From the NCBI RefSeq assembly GCF_021869535.1, contig NW_026262700.1, forward strand, positions 620,001-684,000: 64,000 nt of DNA, given 5' to 3'. The stretch comes from Mytilus californianus. Taxonomy: Eukaryota. Shown in pieces: positions 1-12,738 of this stretch. The translations under genes were made by a program, and so were the position numbers. Numbering within the stretch: the first letter of the stretch is position 1; each line of letters opens with the position of its first letter. Under the pieces are notes generated by a model. It searched no databases. It was not told the origin of the DNA and saw only the letters and a program-made list of their open reading frames with translations.

Positions 1-2400
1 TTACATTTCATCAATATTTTTTTTGTTTTAACCCCCTTTTCCCCGCCTAAATAAGTTAAAGATAAAAAAAAAAGAAGAAAAAAGGACAGAATTTAACATC
101 TCTATATGAAATATCCTTTTTCCGTCGTATGTCAAACCACTGCTTCTGACCTGATAAAGAGTGAAACATAACTTAAACAGTACGTACGACGGAAAAAGGG
201 GAATGCTTAATCTATTTTTTTTTTATCAATTTATCAAAATGTTATTAAAAAAAAGTAAATAAGTATAGTATTCCTTTTTCCGTCGTATTTTGCAGTATAT
301 CTTTTACTGCATGGTCATAATTATTGATTTCCCCTTTTACATTTCATCAATATTTTTTTTGTTTTAACCCCCTTTTCCACGCCTAAATAAGTTAAAGATA
401 AAAAAAAGAGAAGAAAAAAGGACAGAATTTAACATCTTTATATGAAATATCCTTTTTCCGTCGTATGTCAAACCACTGCTACTGACCTGATAACGAGTGA
501 AACATAACTTAAACAGTACGTACGACGGAAAAGGGGAATGCTTAATCTAATTTTTTTTTTATCAATTTATCAAAATGTTATTAAAAAAAAGTAAATAAGT
601 ATAGTATCTCTTTTTCCGTCGTATTTTGCAGTATATCTTTTACTGCATGGTCATAATTATTGATTTCCCCTTTTACATTTCATCAATATTTTTTTTGTTT
701 TAACCCCCTTTTCCCCGCCTAAATAAGTTAAAGATAAAAAAAAGAAGAAAAAAGGACAGAATTTAACATCTCTATATGAAATATTCTTTTTCCGCCGTAT
801 GTCAAACCACTGCTACTGACCTGCTAAAGAGTGAAACATAACTTAAACAGTACGTACGACGGAAAAAGGGGAATGCTTAATCTAAGTTTTTTTTATCAAT
901 TTATCAAAATGTTATTAAAAAAAAGTAAATAAGTATAGTATTCCTTTTTCCGTCGTATTTTGCAGTATATCTTTTTCTGCATGGTCATAATTATTGATTT
1001 CCCCTTTTACATTTCATCAATATTTTTTTTGTTTTAACCCCCTTTTCCCCACCTAAATAAGTTAAAGATAAAAAAAAAGAAGAAAAAAGGACAGAATTTA
1101 ACATCTCTATATGAAATATCCTTTTTCCGTCGTATGTCAAACCACTGCTACTGACCTGATAACGAGTGAAACATAACTTAAACAGTACGTACGACGGAAA
1201 AGGGGAATGCTTAATCTAATTTTTTTTTATCAATTTATCAAAATGTTATTAAAAAAAAGTAAATAAGTATAGTATTCCTTTTTCCGTCGTATTTTGCAGT
1301 ATATCTTTTACTGCATGGTCATAATTATTGATTTCCCCTTTTACATTTCATCAATATTTTTTTTGTTTTAACCCCCTTTTCCCCGCCTAAATAAGTTAAA
1401 GATAAAAAAAAGAAGAAAAAAGGACAGAATTTAACATCTCTATATGAAATATTCTTTTTCCGCCGTATGTCAAACCACTGCTACTGACCTGATAAAGAGT
1501 GAAACATAACTTAAACAGTACGTACGACGGAAAAAGGGGAATGCTTAATCTAAGTTTTTTTTTATCAATTTATCAAAATGTTATTAAAAAAAGTAAATAA
1601 GTATAGTATTCCTTTTTCCGTCGTATTTTGCAGTATATCTTTTACTGCATGGTCATAATTATTGATTTCCCCTTTTACATTTCATCAATATTTTTTTTTG
1701 TTTTAACCCCCTTTTCCCCGCCTAAATAAGTTAAAGATAAAAAAAAAAGAAGAAAAAAGGACAGAATTTAACATCTCTATATGAAATATCCTTTTTCCGT
1801 CGTATGTCAAACCACTGCTTCTGACCTGATAAAGAGTGAAACATAACTTAAACAGTACGTACGACGGAAAAAGGGGAATGCTTAATCTAATTTTTTTTAT
1901 CAATTTATCAAAATGTTATAAAAAAAAGTAAATAAGTATAGTATTCCTTTTTCCGTCGTATTTTGCAGGATATCTTTTACTGCATGGTCATAATTATTGA
2001 TTTCCCCTTTTACATTTCATCAATATTTTTTTTGTTTTAACCCCCATTTCCCCGCCTAAATAAGTTAAAGATAAAAAAAAAAGAAGAAAAAAGGACAGAA
2101 TTTAACATCTCTATATGAAATATCCTTTTTCCGTCGTATGTTAAACCACTGCTACTGACCTGATAACGAGTGAAACATAACTTAAACAGTACGTACGACG
2201 GAAAAAGGGGAATGCTTAATCTAATTTTTTTTTATCAATTTATCAAAATGTTATTAAAAAAAAGTAAATTAGTATACTATTTCTTTTTCCGTCGTATTTT
2301 GCAGTATATCTATTACTGCATGGTCATAATTATTGATTTCCCCTTTTACATTTCATCAATATTTTTTTTGTTTTAACCCCCTTTTCCCCGCCTAAATAAG
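1..2400. repeat. Tandem satellite, ~335-bp unit, ~7.2 copies (runs off window start)
   Basis: Unit starts (ttacatttcatc) at 1, 337, 673, 1007, 1341, 1675, 2010, 2346. Units are near-identical and rich in A/T tracts. Confidence 0.97.
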
Positions 2401-2529
2401 TTTTTACATTCTTTTTAAGTATACTTTCATTGTCGTGATTCCCCCTACATTCCCTATATTTTATCCTTTTGCAGTTTCTCTTTTACTGGTCTGGATTCTC
2501 CCCCTTACATTTCAGCCACATTTTATAAT

Positions 2530-2855
2530 TTTTCAGTATTTCAACCCCGATTTCCACAACAACTTCTTTTTAATCATATTTTTATTTAATTTTTACTGGT
2601 CGAGATTCTTCCCCTATACATTTTGCATTTTGACCCGTTTTCAATTCTTTATTACTGGTCCTGATTTCCCCCCTAATTGTCATTATTTTTGTCAGTATTT
2701 CAACCCCGATTTCCACAACAAATTCCTTTAAATCATATTTTTATTAAATTTTTACTGGTCGAGCTTCTTCCCCTATACATTCTGCATCTTGACTCCCGTT
2801 TTCAATTCTTTATTACTGACCCTGATTTTCCCCCCTAATTTACATTATTTTTTTC
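2530..2855. repeat. 159-bp tandem dimer flanking the satellite
   Basis: cagtatttcaaccccgatttccacaacaa occurs at 2534 and 2693, with co-linear downstream sequence. Confidence 0.85.
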
Positions 2856-3027
2856 ATTTCCCCCCAAAAAAATCCTAGCCACTTTTTTTCCTGAATATAA
2901 CCCCAAAGAATACCCTTTCAGACGCTTGACTATATGTGTCAGGAAATAATTAAATAATTATTTTCACAAAAATAATGAATGTTACAACAAAATATCCTCC
3001 TTCTTTCTTGAAACACAGTCTAATATA

Positions 3028-3424
3028 TACCCCGTAAATTTCTTAAAACACTACCTTATATAACTGTTCCTGATTCTACCCCGTAAATTTCTTAAAACAC
3101 TATCTTATATGATTCTACCCCGTAAATTTCTTAAAACACTATCTTATATAACTGTTCCTGTTTCTACCCCGTACATTTCTTAAAACACTATTTTATATAA
3201 CTGTTCCTGATTCTACCCCGTAAATTTCTTAAAACACTATCTTATATAACTGTTCCTGATTCTACCCCGTAAATTTCTTAAAACACTATCTTATATAACT
3301 GTTCCTGATTCTACCCCGTAAATTTCTTAAAACACTGTCTTATATAACTGTTCCTGATTCTACCCAGTAAATTTCTAAAAAATTCTGACTTTTCTATTAC
3401 GGGGTAGATTCAGGAACAGTTATA
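3028..3424. repeat. 49-bp minisatellite (~7 units) ending in an inverted partial unit
   Basis: Unit ctaccccgtaaatttcttaaaacactatcttatataactgttcctgatt. 3397-3424 is the reverse complement of 3343-3370 with 2 mismatches. Confidence 0.92.
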
Positions 3425-3824
3425 CATAGATATAAATAATATATTAAAACAGACCACTCAAATTTTTCCTTTATTCAAAATATTACTCCATCATGAATAT
3501 TCATTGCCTGAAATGCTGATATGACATTCAACCCCGTTGGGAGTAAAATCAGGATATAGCCCAAGTTTGACTATTATGCTGACATTCCACTTGTTAAATG
3601 TCAATCCGAAAGGTATGTTTCTAACGATCACATAAACACATCTGAAACTTCTGTCTGTTTTAATAGCCTCAGCACACAAACACAACAAAATTGAATGAAC
3701 ATTGATAGACTGAACGGGGTCAAAAGATTTATAAGCATATAGTGCAGAAAACAAACACTAGATATTAAACAATACAAATTTAGAATCAACAAATAATTCA
3801 TCGGCACTTATTTCAGATAAAGTT

Positions 3825-3890
3825 CTGAGCGTCACTGATGAGTCTTATGTAGACGAAATGCGCGAAATCCTGATAGCTTCGATAACTATT
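3825..3890 (+). ncRNA. Truncated retrozyme hammerhead fragment (probably inactive)
   Basis: CTGATGA 3835-3841, stem II GTC-ttatgta-GAC, GAAA 3855-3858. The cleavage triplet and stem I 3' strand are missing compared with the 49.3-kb copy. Confidence 0.8.
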
Positions 3891-4839
3891 GACAATTAAA
3901 TATATCACATTTTCTTTTTACTTTAAACGACAAAGTTATTTTAAATTATTTGTGAGCCATACCAAAAATAATTGATACTTATTGTCCAGTATCATTCGGC
4001 AGTGTGAAATGTTAAAAATATATTCAACATGGTAAAGACAAATATTATCCCACATATATATTAGCATTTTACCAGAATTGTCTAAACACAGTTGAAGTCA
4101 TCTTCACGGATCAATTTGAATTACTAAGAAAACATTTGAAAAACAACAGACTGTCCATTGACCTATACATAGGACAGAAAGTCTCAGGACAAAAATGACA
4201 CAGGACACAAAGCCAATTCAGTTTTGAGATTATTTCTTCGAACAAGAAAACACTAACTTATTTTTTTTCCTTGATGTATTATAGTAATGAAAATTTAATC
4301 AATAATCATTAAATGATTGTTATGGGGGAAAAAATGTCATTGTGGCTTGGTACTTAAATGGCTTCATTGTGCCAAGAAATAAATCATTTGCATGATTAAA
4401 TTTAATAATCTTTGATTTATCAAGGCCTATGAATAATTTCCTAAACTTAAAAAAGGAATATATGAAATAAACAGATAATACTTCAAGATATCTCTCTTTT
4501 ATGTTTAAAAAAATGCCAACAAATTATTTGCGACTTGATGTCCTGTGACTTTCTGTCCGTTTACCAACCTGTAATAGTTAACTTCATTTTATATCTATAT
4601 TCGACCCTCGAATTTTCTAAGATGTTTAGGTTGTGCTTTTCTTGAATGTTATCCTCAACTGGGTACAAATTCTGTCCCTGAATTACATCAGTTAATCATT
4701 TATAAACTATTAATATATATGTAATTGTTTCTATATAATAACTTGCCTAAAAGATTTGGAACAATGAACAAGTCCAGATTGATATTAACGTTATCAAACA
4801 AGAGAGAAACATTTCTTTTGAAGTCAGGTACCTCATTCA

Positions 4840-5400
4840 AATGTTCTTGCACAATGTGAAGAACCTCTGGATTGCTGTCACATTCTGGAGTTGTGAATTG
4901 AGTATATCCCTCAAAGTATAGCTTTGACATATTCTGTCACATTTGAAATATTTTTCTTTAAACGTTGGATATGATCTTTTAGTGTAACACTTACCACACG
5001 TAATTATGTCTGTATTGCCTTGTCTCTTGTTTTCCGAATAACTAGGGTTACAGTATAATGGGTGTGACTGCCTTCTGACTTTCTTATTAACAATACTACA
5101 GTGCCTAATAACATTGAGATTGTTTTTTTTTTCGAACATAAAACAACAATTTATATAAGTGAATATCATCACAAAATGCCATAACAGAATTTCTTGTGAA
5201 AATCCAAGAAGGCAAATGAGTTAGTTTTCTTTAAATCTGTGGTCATGGTCATGTTCTCATTTGGTCTTCATTGCGAACGTCCAATGTTGATTCACGTACC
5301 ATAGCACAAATTTAAGCTTGATTTCCAATTTAGACAAACTCTTTAACAGAATATTAATCGCACGCTTTCCCGAAGAAGTGATATTGTCAAGTCCATGAAA
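4840..5400 (-). pseudogene. Decayed coding remnant of an uncharacterised transposon-like protein
   Basis: Frameshifted reading GLDNITSSGKRAINILL...HDHDH resembles, from memory, an invertebrate TE-associated protein family. Many stops. Confidence 0.3.
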
Positions 5401-5970
5401 TGTTTTTTAAATCCATTGTACTTTTCTTTATTTGCCTTTTTACAATCAAAACTATATCATTGTTTATCATGCTTTCTATTACAGTTCATAATATTTCTGT
5501 TGAAATTATGTGTACCAAATGTTGCTTTGGCAGAATCAATTAAAATATCCGTAGTATTTTTAACTACAGTATTAATTTAATACATTTTTACATGTTCTTG
5601 ATGACGAAATACTTTTAAGACATACCACAAAACTGTACAAACTAAGGAATTAAAGAAATAAAACCTTTTAAAATGAGATATTCCAAAGATTTAACAAGTG
5701 CAAGTCAACATTATGTACTACATAAATTGTGATTTCATTAAACAGTCCTATCATTTTGCTATGTTGCATTACTCCTTGTTTTGGGGAATTTTCATCATGA
5801 TTTAATTTTTCAAATAGTGTACTTGACATTCGTTCGGGCGTACTTGTAATCTGTTCGAGATCTTCACAACTATTTGCTTTTGTATAATTTAAAATAGGCG
5901 CATCTGTAGTCGGTTTTTAGACAATTGTGTAATCGGCAGAGCCAAATAAGTTGCATTTAACAATTGTGAC

Positions 5971-6360
5971 TGATTGATTGTTGGTTGCTTAACGTCAAAT
6001 GGCAAATATTTCATGCATGTTCAAGACGAGAACAGGTTTACAATAAAAACATTAGGTAGGTCATGTAATAATCGAGGCCATCCGGGATGATGGTTGGGAA
6101 AATTGAGACTGCCATCGGAACATGAGGGTATATTAGATAGGGACTGAAATTTTGCCTTGCAACAGGCCACCTACGGACCCCTCAAAGAGTTTTTGCAAGG
6201 GTTCTTAAGGTGTTAAGAGCGTGACACTCTCTCTACACGAGGCTTAGGATTAAACGTCCCCATTGCAAGCGGACGTGGCTGCAAACTTGACACATCCCGC
6301 ACAACCAAACAGACGCCCACGTTTGCAAGCGTTATACTTCCAGTCGGAAGAAGACCATAT
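5971..6360 (-). mobile_element. SINE-like family copy, older subfamily, 5'-truncated
   Basis: (ATTG)n tail at left, diverged core, ends near gaagacc. No TSD seen. Confidence 0.9.
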
Positions 6361-6376
6361 TTTTCTGGTAGTTTCG

Positions 6377-6804
6377 CCCCCAAGGGTGACTGGGGAATAG
6401 AAATATGGTCACCATTGGTCTTCCTCCGACCGGCGGTAAAACCCTCGCTAAAGTGGGGCGTCCGTTTGGCTGTGCGGGATGTACAAGTTCGCAGTCACGT
6501 CCGGTCAGAATGGGAACGTTTAATCCGATGCCTCGTGTGAAAAGAGTGCCACGTTCTTTGCACGTTAAGAACCCTGGCAACAACTCTTTGAGGGGTCCGT
6601 AGGTGGCCTGTTGCAAGGCTAAATTTCTGTCCCTATCCAATATACCCTCATTTCCCGTGGCAGTCTAAATTTCTCCGACCTTAATCCCGGACGCCCCTCT
6701 TACAGAACCTACCTATCGTATTTATTGTTAATTTGTTCTCGTCTTGAATATGCATGAAATATTTGCCACTGGACGTTAAGCAACCAACAATAAATCAATC
6801 AATC
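6377..6804 (+). mobile_element. SINE-like family copy, full length
   Basis: Head ccccaagggtgac, tail caatcaatc, TSD gtagtttcg on both sides. Confidence 0.95.
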
Positions 6805-7387
6805 TTGTAGTTTCGTTACACGAGAGTTTAACTCGTTCGCCATTTTTTTGTTTACATGTTTCTTTATTGTTGAAAATTCGTTCTGACATCCATAAAAAAA
6901 AAACAGTTTCAGCGTTCTTGTCATTTTGGTCTATGAAAGAAATGACAAGATATAATAATATATCAGGAGCATCAGAAAACGTGTTTTATATTCCTCAAAG
7001 AACATTGTATATGGCATTGTGGGATGTAATGAATTCAGAAATTAAATTTAATTTCTTTTTAAATTACGATTAGAAAGTTGTAGAATTTGAATATTATTCA
7101 TTATTTAAGAAATGCAATAATAAATTTATTGTTATGAAATATGCATTTGAATGACGTTTTCAACTGCCCTATATCTTATACTTATCAAATTATAAAGTGT
7201 TGGGTATCCATGACTGAGGACCCGTTTCGTCGTTACAGATTATTAGACATATCTTCAATTATTCATGGTGATAAACCCTTTACGGGCCTCTCAATAACCA
7301 AGAAAAATGTTATATAATATTTTTCTAAAACCAAATGTTTGCGATCCAAAAATCAACATGGACGACTTTCCTTTGGTTAGCTGGTTA

Positions 7388-8192
7388 TTTAGCTCACCTG
7401 GCCGAACCTGGCCCAAAGGGCCAGGTGAGCTTTTCTCATCACTTGGCGTCCGTCGTCGTCGTCGTCGTCCGTCGTCGTTAACTTTACCAAAATCTTCTCC
7501 TCTGAAACAACTGAGCCAAATTTTACAAACTTGGCCACAATCATCATTGGGGTATCTAGTTTAAAAAATGTGTCCGGTGACCCGGCCAACCAACCAAGAT
7601 GGCCGCCATGGCTAAAAATAGAACATAGGGGTAAAATGTAGATTTTGGCTTATAACTCTGAAACCAAAGCATTTAGAGCAAATCTGACGGGGTAAAATTG
7701 TTAATCAAGTCAAAATATATCTGCCCTGACATTTTCAGATGAATCGGACAACTAGTTGTTGGGTTGCTGCCCTGCATTGGTAAATTTTAAGGAAATTTTG
7801 CCGTGTTTGGTTATTATCTTGAATATTATTATAGATAGAGATAAACTGTAAACAGCAATAATGTTCAGCATAGTAAGATCTACAAATAAGTCAACATGAC
7901 CAAAATGGCCAGTCTACCCCTTAAGGATTTATTGCCCTTTATAGTCAATTTTTAGCTATTTCTATTTTCGTAAATTTTTGTAATTTTTTACAAAATATTT
8001 TCCTCTGTAATTTTAAGGCCAAGTTCATTATAGATAGAGATAATTGCAAGTAGCAAGAATGTTCAGTAAAGTAAGATCTACAAACACATCACCATCACCA
8101 AACCACAATTTTGTCATGAATCCATCTGTGTCCTTTGTTCAATATGCACATAGACCAAGGTGAGCAACACAGGCTCTTAAGAGCCTCTAGTT
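7388..8192 (+). mobile_element. Helentron-associated non-autonomous element (HINE; DINE-1/CvA/MgE-like)
   Basis: 5' subTIR ttagctcacctg with nearby inverted caggtgagct, then a (GTC)n microsatellite. 3' subTIR ggtgagc at 8159, perfect palindrome aggctcttaagagcct 8171-8186, T-rich ends. Confidence 0.85.
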
Positions 8193-9899
8193 TATCTTCG
8201 TAACAGGTTCTGAATCTGAAGGAACGGGGAGATATTTACTTTTCTTTTGTTTGGTTTTAATGACCAGTAATGGTGCCTCTTCTTCAGATGAGAAATCCAA
8301 CTCTATTGCTGCCAAAGCAGAATCAGAATCAACTTTATACATTTTATTAGGGGTTGGCTCCTGCTCCTCTGATTGTTTTGTTGTTGGATTTAATTTATGC
8401 ACCGATCCTTAATGGTAGTTTGTTGGAACAGAAAAACATTCTATTCCTGATCGATCAGGAAGATCAGAGAGAGGTTTGCTTGTTAGAGATACTTAAATTG
8501 TAGAAATTGTATAAATGAACTATTTAAGAAATGCATATCTTAGACTTTTTACCCGCTGGTTCAGGGGTTTCGATTCTCTCTCCAGTTTTGAAATTTGCTG
8601 TGTTCTTCTACAACGTCTCTGTAGGGCTGCACAATCTGTACTGGGTGTAACATCTGTAATTTCCAGATATATATAAAATATATGGTTATGTTTGGAATAC
8701 AAATGCTAAAAGAATGCAATGTGAAATTTTAAATGTCATACCAAAAATTATAAATTCATTAGGTTAAATTGTCAGATAGAATCTAATGGTTATACGAACT
8801 TGATTCGTCCAGTGAGAATAATGAAATTTTTTTTTTTATACGTATCTGATATAATGAAAATGTCTTCAATATGATTGGAGCTCAGGTAAAATACTGTGTT
8901 ATTGACAATGTATATACAGTCACTTTTAAATGGAGCAGTACTACATATTTGGTGAAATGGTGCAGTAATTAAGTTTTCCATATCTTTTAAATTGTGTAGT
9001 GTATTTATGATAAAACACACATTTTGACATTAATTCTTGTCTTTAGGAATTACTACAATTTCGAATGTGGCAGTTGCTAAATTGCACAAATCCCATTGGC
9101 TTCATAATTAAATAAACTCATCATTACATTCTGTGTTGGTGGCTCTAGAGGATTGTCAAGGTGGCAATTAAAGCGATAGACCGTTTTAGAATTATTTTCT
9201 CCTGTAGTAATAATGTTCAGGGTTTAAGCAGCGCGTGTTCCTGTAAATTAGAGTGGTTGTATGAGTTCTTTGTTTTCTCGGAACACAAAAACTGGAGTGA
9301 TGGAATTTCCATCCTGTAGATGAAAACAGACATTTTGAAAAATTTATTCTTTATATGCTTTAAATTTTTTTTTTGAAAGGCACTTGAATTTACGACAAAC
9401 GTTTTTTAAAGGTTTACATTTTTAAGCATAACTTAAATTTCTATACATTTGTATTACAATACAGAAATCATTATCACCTCAATAATATCATCAGTTGAAA
9501 AGTTGGCCATAAATATCATAAACATGGACCAATAAGCTGTTGGTTCGTACAATGGTGTATTTAATCTCGCTAAAGAAATAAAAAGTTTGATTTATTTAAT
9601 TTATAAATCATCAAATTGAGTAAATGTAAAGAAATTCACATCTTCCAGGGTTTCGACGAAGTTAATCATACAGATCAGCTTACTTCTTCAGATCTATCAA
9701 TATGATGTTGCTTTCTTCAAATGCCGTTTTCCAGCAATCAATAATAAACTTCGATGCGTAAATTACTTTTGAGTGTGCAATAACTTTCGAAATCAGCTTG
9801 ATATTATTTTCCTTGTGTCTTGCCTTTTAGTCATGTGTATATAATGCGATCATGGTTGCATTCGTTCAAAGTTTTAATAATTGTTATTCTGTTTATATC

Positions 9900-10105
9900 A
9901 GATGGTATTCTGGCTTTGCAAGTTTTTTTGGCTCGCTGAAAAAATTGTTATCGAATTTCAAACAGAGCATGAAAACCATGAAAGTAGAAAATTCCGATTT
10001 GAACAAGAAACTAGCAAATTTCTTGCATGTGTATTTCAATACACCTCAAAGTACAACAAATGAGACATCAGCTAAGTTGTTCAGATCACCAGTTCCAGAA
10101 ATAAT
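9900..10105 (+). pseudogene. Ty3/Gypsy-type integrase C-terminal remnant
   Basis: FKQSMK...LNKKLANFLHVYFNTPQSTTNETSAKLF matches the integrase pattern FKxxMK...KLAxFLxxYRNTPHSTTxETPAxL. Confidence 0.6.
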
Positions 10106-10664
10106 GTAACATCAATCCAAATGTTTTGAATGGATATTTGAATAGACAATTAGTGTCTTGACCTGACATCACAATAATATCAGAATGAGGCTAATAATTT
10201 GATATTGCATGAGGCTTATAATTTGATATTGCGTGATCAGTATTCATGAAAAGGGCATGGTGCTATTCAGAAAAATGACAAATTTACGTGTATATGTAAT
10301 TGAAAAAGGCATTTATTTAAGCATGATAATTTATACGTTTACAAAATGAGAAACATATGCACATAACATTACACACAGAATACTATAATTTAACTCTAGT
10401 CGGGCTCCGGAGTAATGGCGGCTATAGTGAATATGGATATAATCTGAGAGGGAATTGCTATCAAGGTCCATGATAAACCGTTGCAAATGCTTACTCGCGT
10501 TACTTTCTAGCACATCCATATCTGTTGGGTAGCTTATAATAATAATAACTTTCTTGGAGTTAACTTTCTGATATGTGGTGTCGAAATGTTCTTTTGACAA
10601 TTGTGTGGACAATCGTCGTCTGTTTTGTTCACGCATCGTTATAAATATAATGGCATTTGATGCG

Positions 10665-10840
10665 ACTGTCATACAAGTGAGAGGTTTAGCGCTATAAAAC
10701 CATGTTCAATCCACCATTTTCTACATTTAAGAATGCCTGTACCAAGTCAGGACTTTGACAGCTGTTGTCCATTCGTTTGATGTGTTTAATCATTTGATTT
10801 TGACATTTGATTATGGACTTTCCGATTTGAATATTGTTAA
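10665..10840. repeat. Unclassified interspersed repeat (also at 28985-29180; decayed at ~13290-13400)
   Basis: aagtgagaggtttagcgctataaaa...caatccaccattttctacattt...tgcctgtac.aagtcagga is shared between the loci. Confidence 0.8.
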
Positions 10841-10892
10841 TTGTAGAGATGTTACCTCAGATTAAACCTCCGATCTTGGATTTGCTTAAATT

Positions 10893-11040
10893 AATTGATT
10901 GATGTTTTTTAACGTGCAGTGGCAAATAGTTCAGGACGAGACCAATAAAACAATCAATACCTTAGGTCGGTGTTGTGATAGAGGCCATCTGGAATGAAGG
11001 TCGGGGAAAATTGGACTTGCACTGGAAAATGAGGATACAT
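10893..11040 (-). mobile_element. SINE-like family, old 3' fragment
   Basis: Diverged tail and 3' body (cagtggcaaata...caggacgag...gaggccatctggaatgaaggtcgg). Confidence 0.8.
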
Positions 11041-12318
11041 GAGATTCCACTGAACTTTACTTTGATCTGGTACAAAAAAAAATATTCCTTTGTTATACAA
11101 TTATATATTAGTTTTCATATCTTTAACTTATAACAGAAATAGTCAGAATGTCTTCAAAAAACTCATTTCTATCTTGATTTCATAACAGCGTGATGTCTTG
11201 TCTATTGACAACTCTCTTCCATACTTTACTTAATAACCTGAAAAGGAGAACACTTCACATAATATATGCAATAATTTAAGGAATTAAGTTAAAGAAAACA
11301 AGAGTTACTGTTTAAATTAAAATATTCATAAATTTTCTAATACTCCATTATATATTTTGTATTTATGTACAGTGTTTAAAGGCAGATCTTGGAAGCATTT
11401 TTTAAAGAGATTTAGGATGATTTGAAGCTTTGCACATTATTCTGAATATTTTATTTAGTTGAAAAAGCTACCTTGGATAATAATGTCTTATTTTCATATT
11501 TTGTCTCATTGATGCATGAACCACCTATGCTTTTATTCACTTAATGCAGATCAGCCATCTAATTGAACTTTTGTATCAATTGAATTTTAAATTATCTTTG
11601 TGTTTGGTTGATATTTTGTTTTTGTAAATGAAAACTTACCATTGACTCTCTTTCTGATGATGACAGCACTGTAAAAAATGCCACCTGAACATCTTCCTAA
11701 AACTTTTGTGCCAACTGCAAGTTCATCCTATAAAAAAAAATCAAAACATTCAATTTCAAGACATTTTCATTTGTTTTTGACCATTTGCTATTGACTCAGA
11801 GGATAACATTAACTTCTTAGCCGACTGGCTTAAAAATCATGATAAAAACGGAATAAATGACTAGATTCACTTTTTAAAAATATTTTTAAAACTAAGAGAT
11901 GAAATTGTTTATCTGGTAGTTCAAAACCTTTAGATTTCTGCCTTTCAGAATCATAAAACAATTACAAAGTCATCAAATATGACATATTACTATTGTCAGG
12001 AACAATACAAGTACAACAATATTCTATGCTTGTTTGAAGACAGTATTATCATATGTAAGTGATAATGGTGCATTTTTAGTGTAAATATTGTAAATTGATG
12101 AAGCAATAACTTTATGTCTATTTATGTTAAATTTTCATTCTAGTAACTGTTGAATTAAAAAAACTAATTACCTCATCCTGGTTACTGTCTGTATCATCAT
12201 CCTGGATACATTCTTTTATATTGGGAGCATTTGTCTGCTCTACCTGTTGAAATATAGATAAAAAAACATAAGTCCTCAACATAAATAAATACATATTTAA
12301 TACCGATAATAGATAAGA

Positions 12319-12738
12319 TTGATTGATTGTTAGTTGCTTAACGTCCAGTGGCAAATATTTCATGCATATTTAGGACGAGAACAAGTTTACAATAAATACA
12401 ATAGGTAGGTTCTGTAATAGGTTAAGGGATTAAGGTCGGAGATATTTAGACTGCCACGGGAAATGAGGGTATATTAGATAGGGACAGAAATTTAGCCTTG
12501 CAACAGGTCACCTACGGACCCCTCAAAGAGTTGTTGCAAGGGTTCTTAACGTGCAAAGAGCGTGGCACTCTCTTTACACGAGGCATCGGATTTAACGTCC
12601 CCATTCTGACCGGACGTGGCTGCAAATTTGTACATCCCGCACAGCCAAACGGACGCCCCACTTTAGCACGGGTTTTACTGCCGGTCGGAGGAAGACCAAT
12701 GGTGACCATACTTCTATTCCCCAGTCACCCTTGGGGGG
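12319..12738 (-). mobile_element. SINE-like family copy, full length, young
   Basis: TSD gataatagataaga at 12305-12318 and 12739-12752. Confidence 0.96.

Noticed and set aside
1703-2731. ORFs in the satellite and its flank
   Set aside because: They are low-complexity translations of tandem repeats with non-ATG starts.
7200-8700. Coding remnant on the minus strand split by the HINE (SDSEPVTK...KESRPC)
   Set aside because: It looks protein-like but is too frameshifted to assign.
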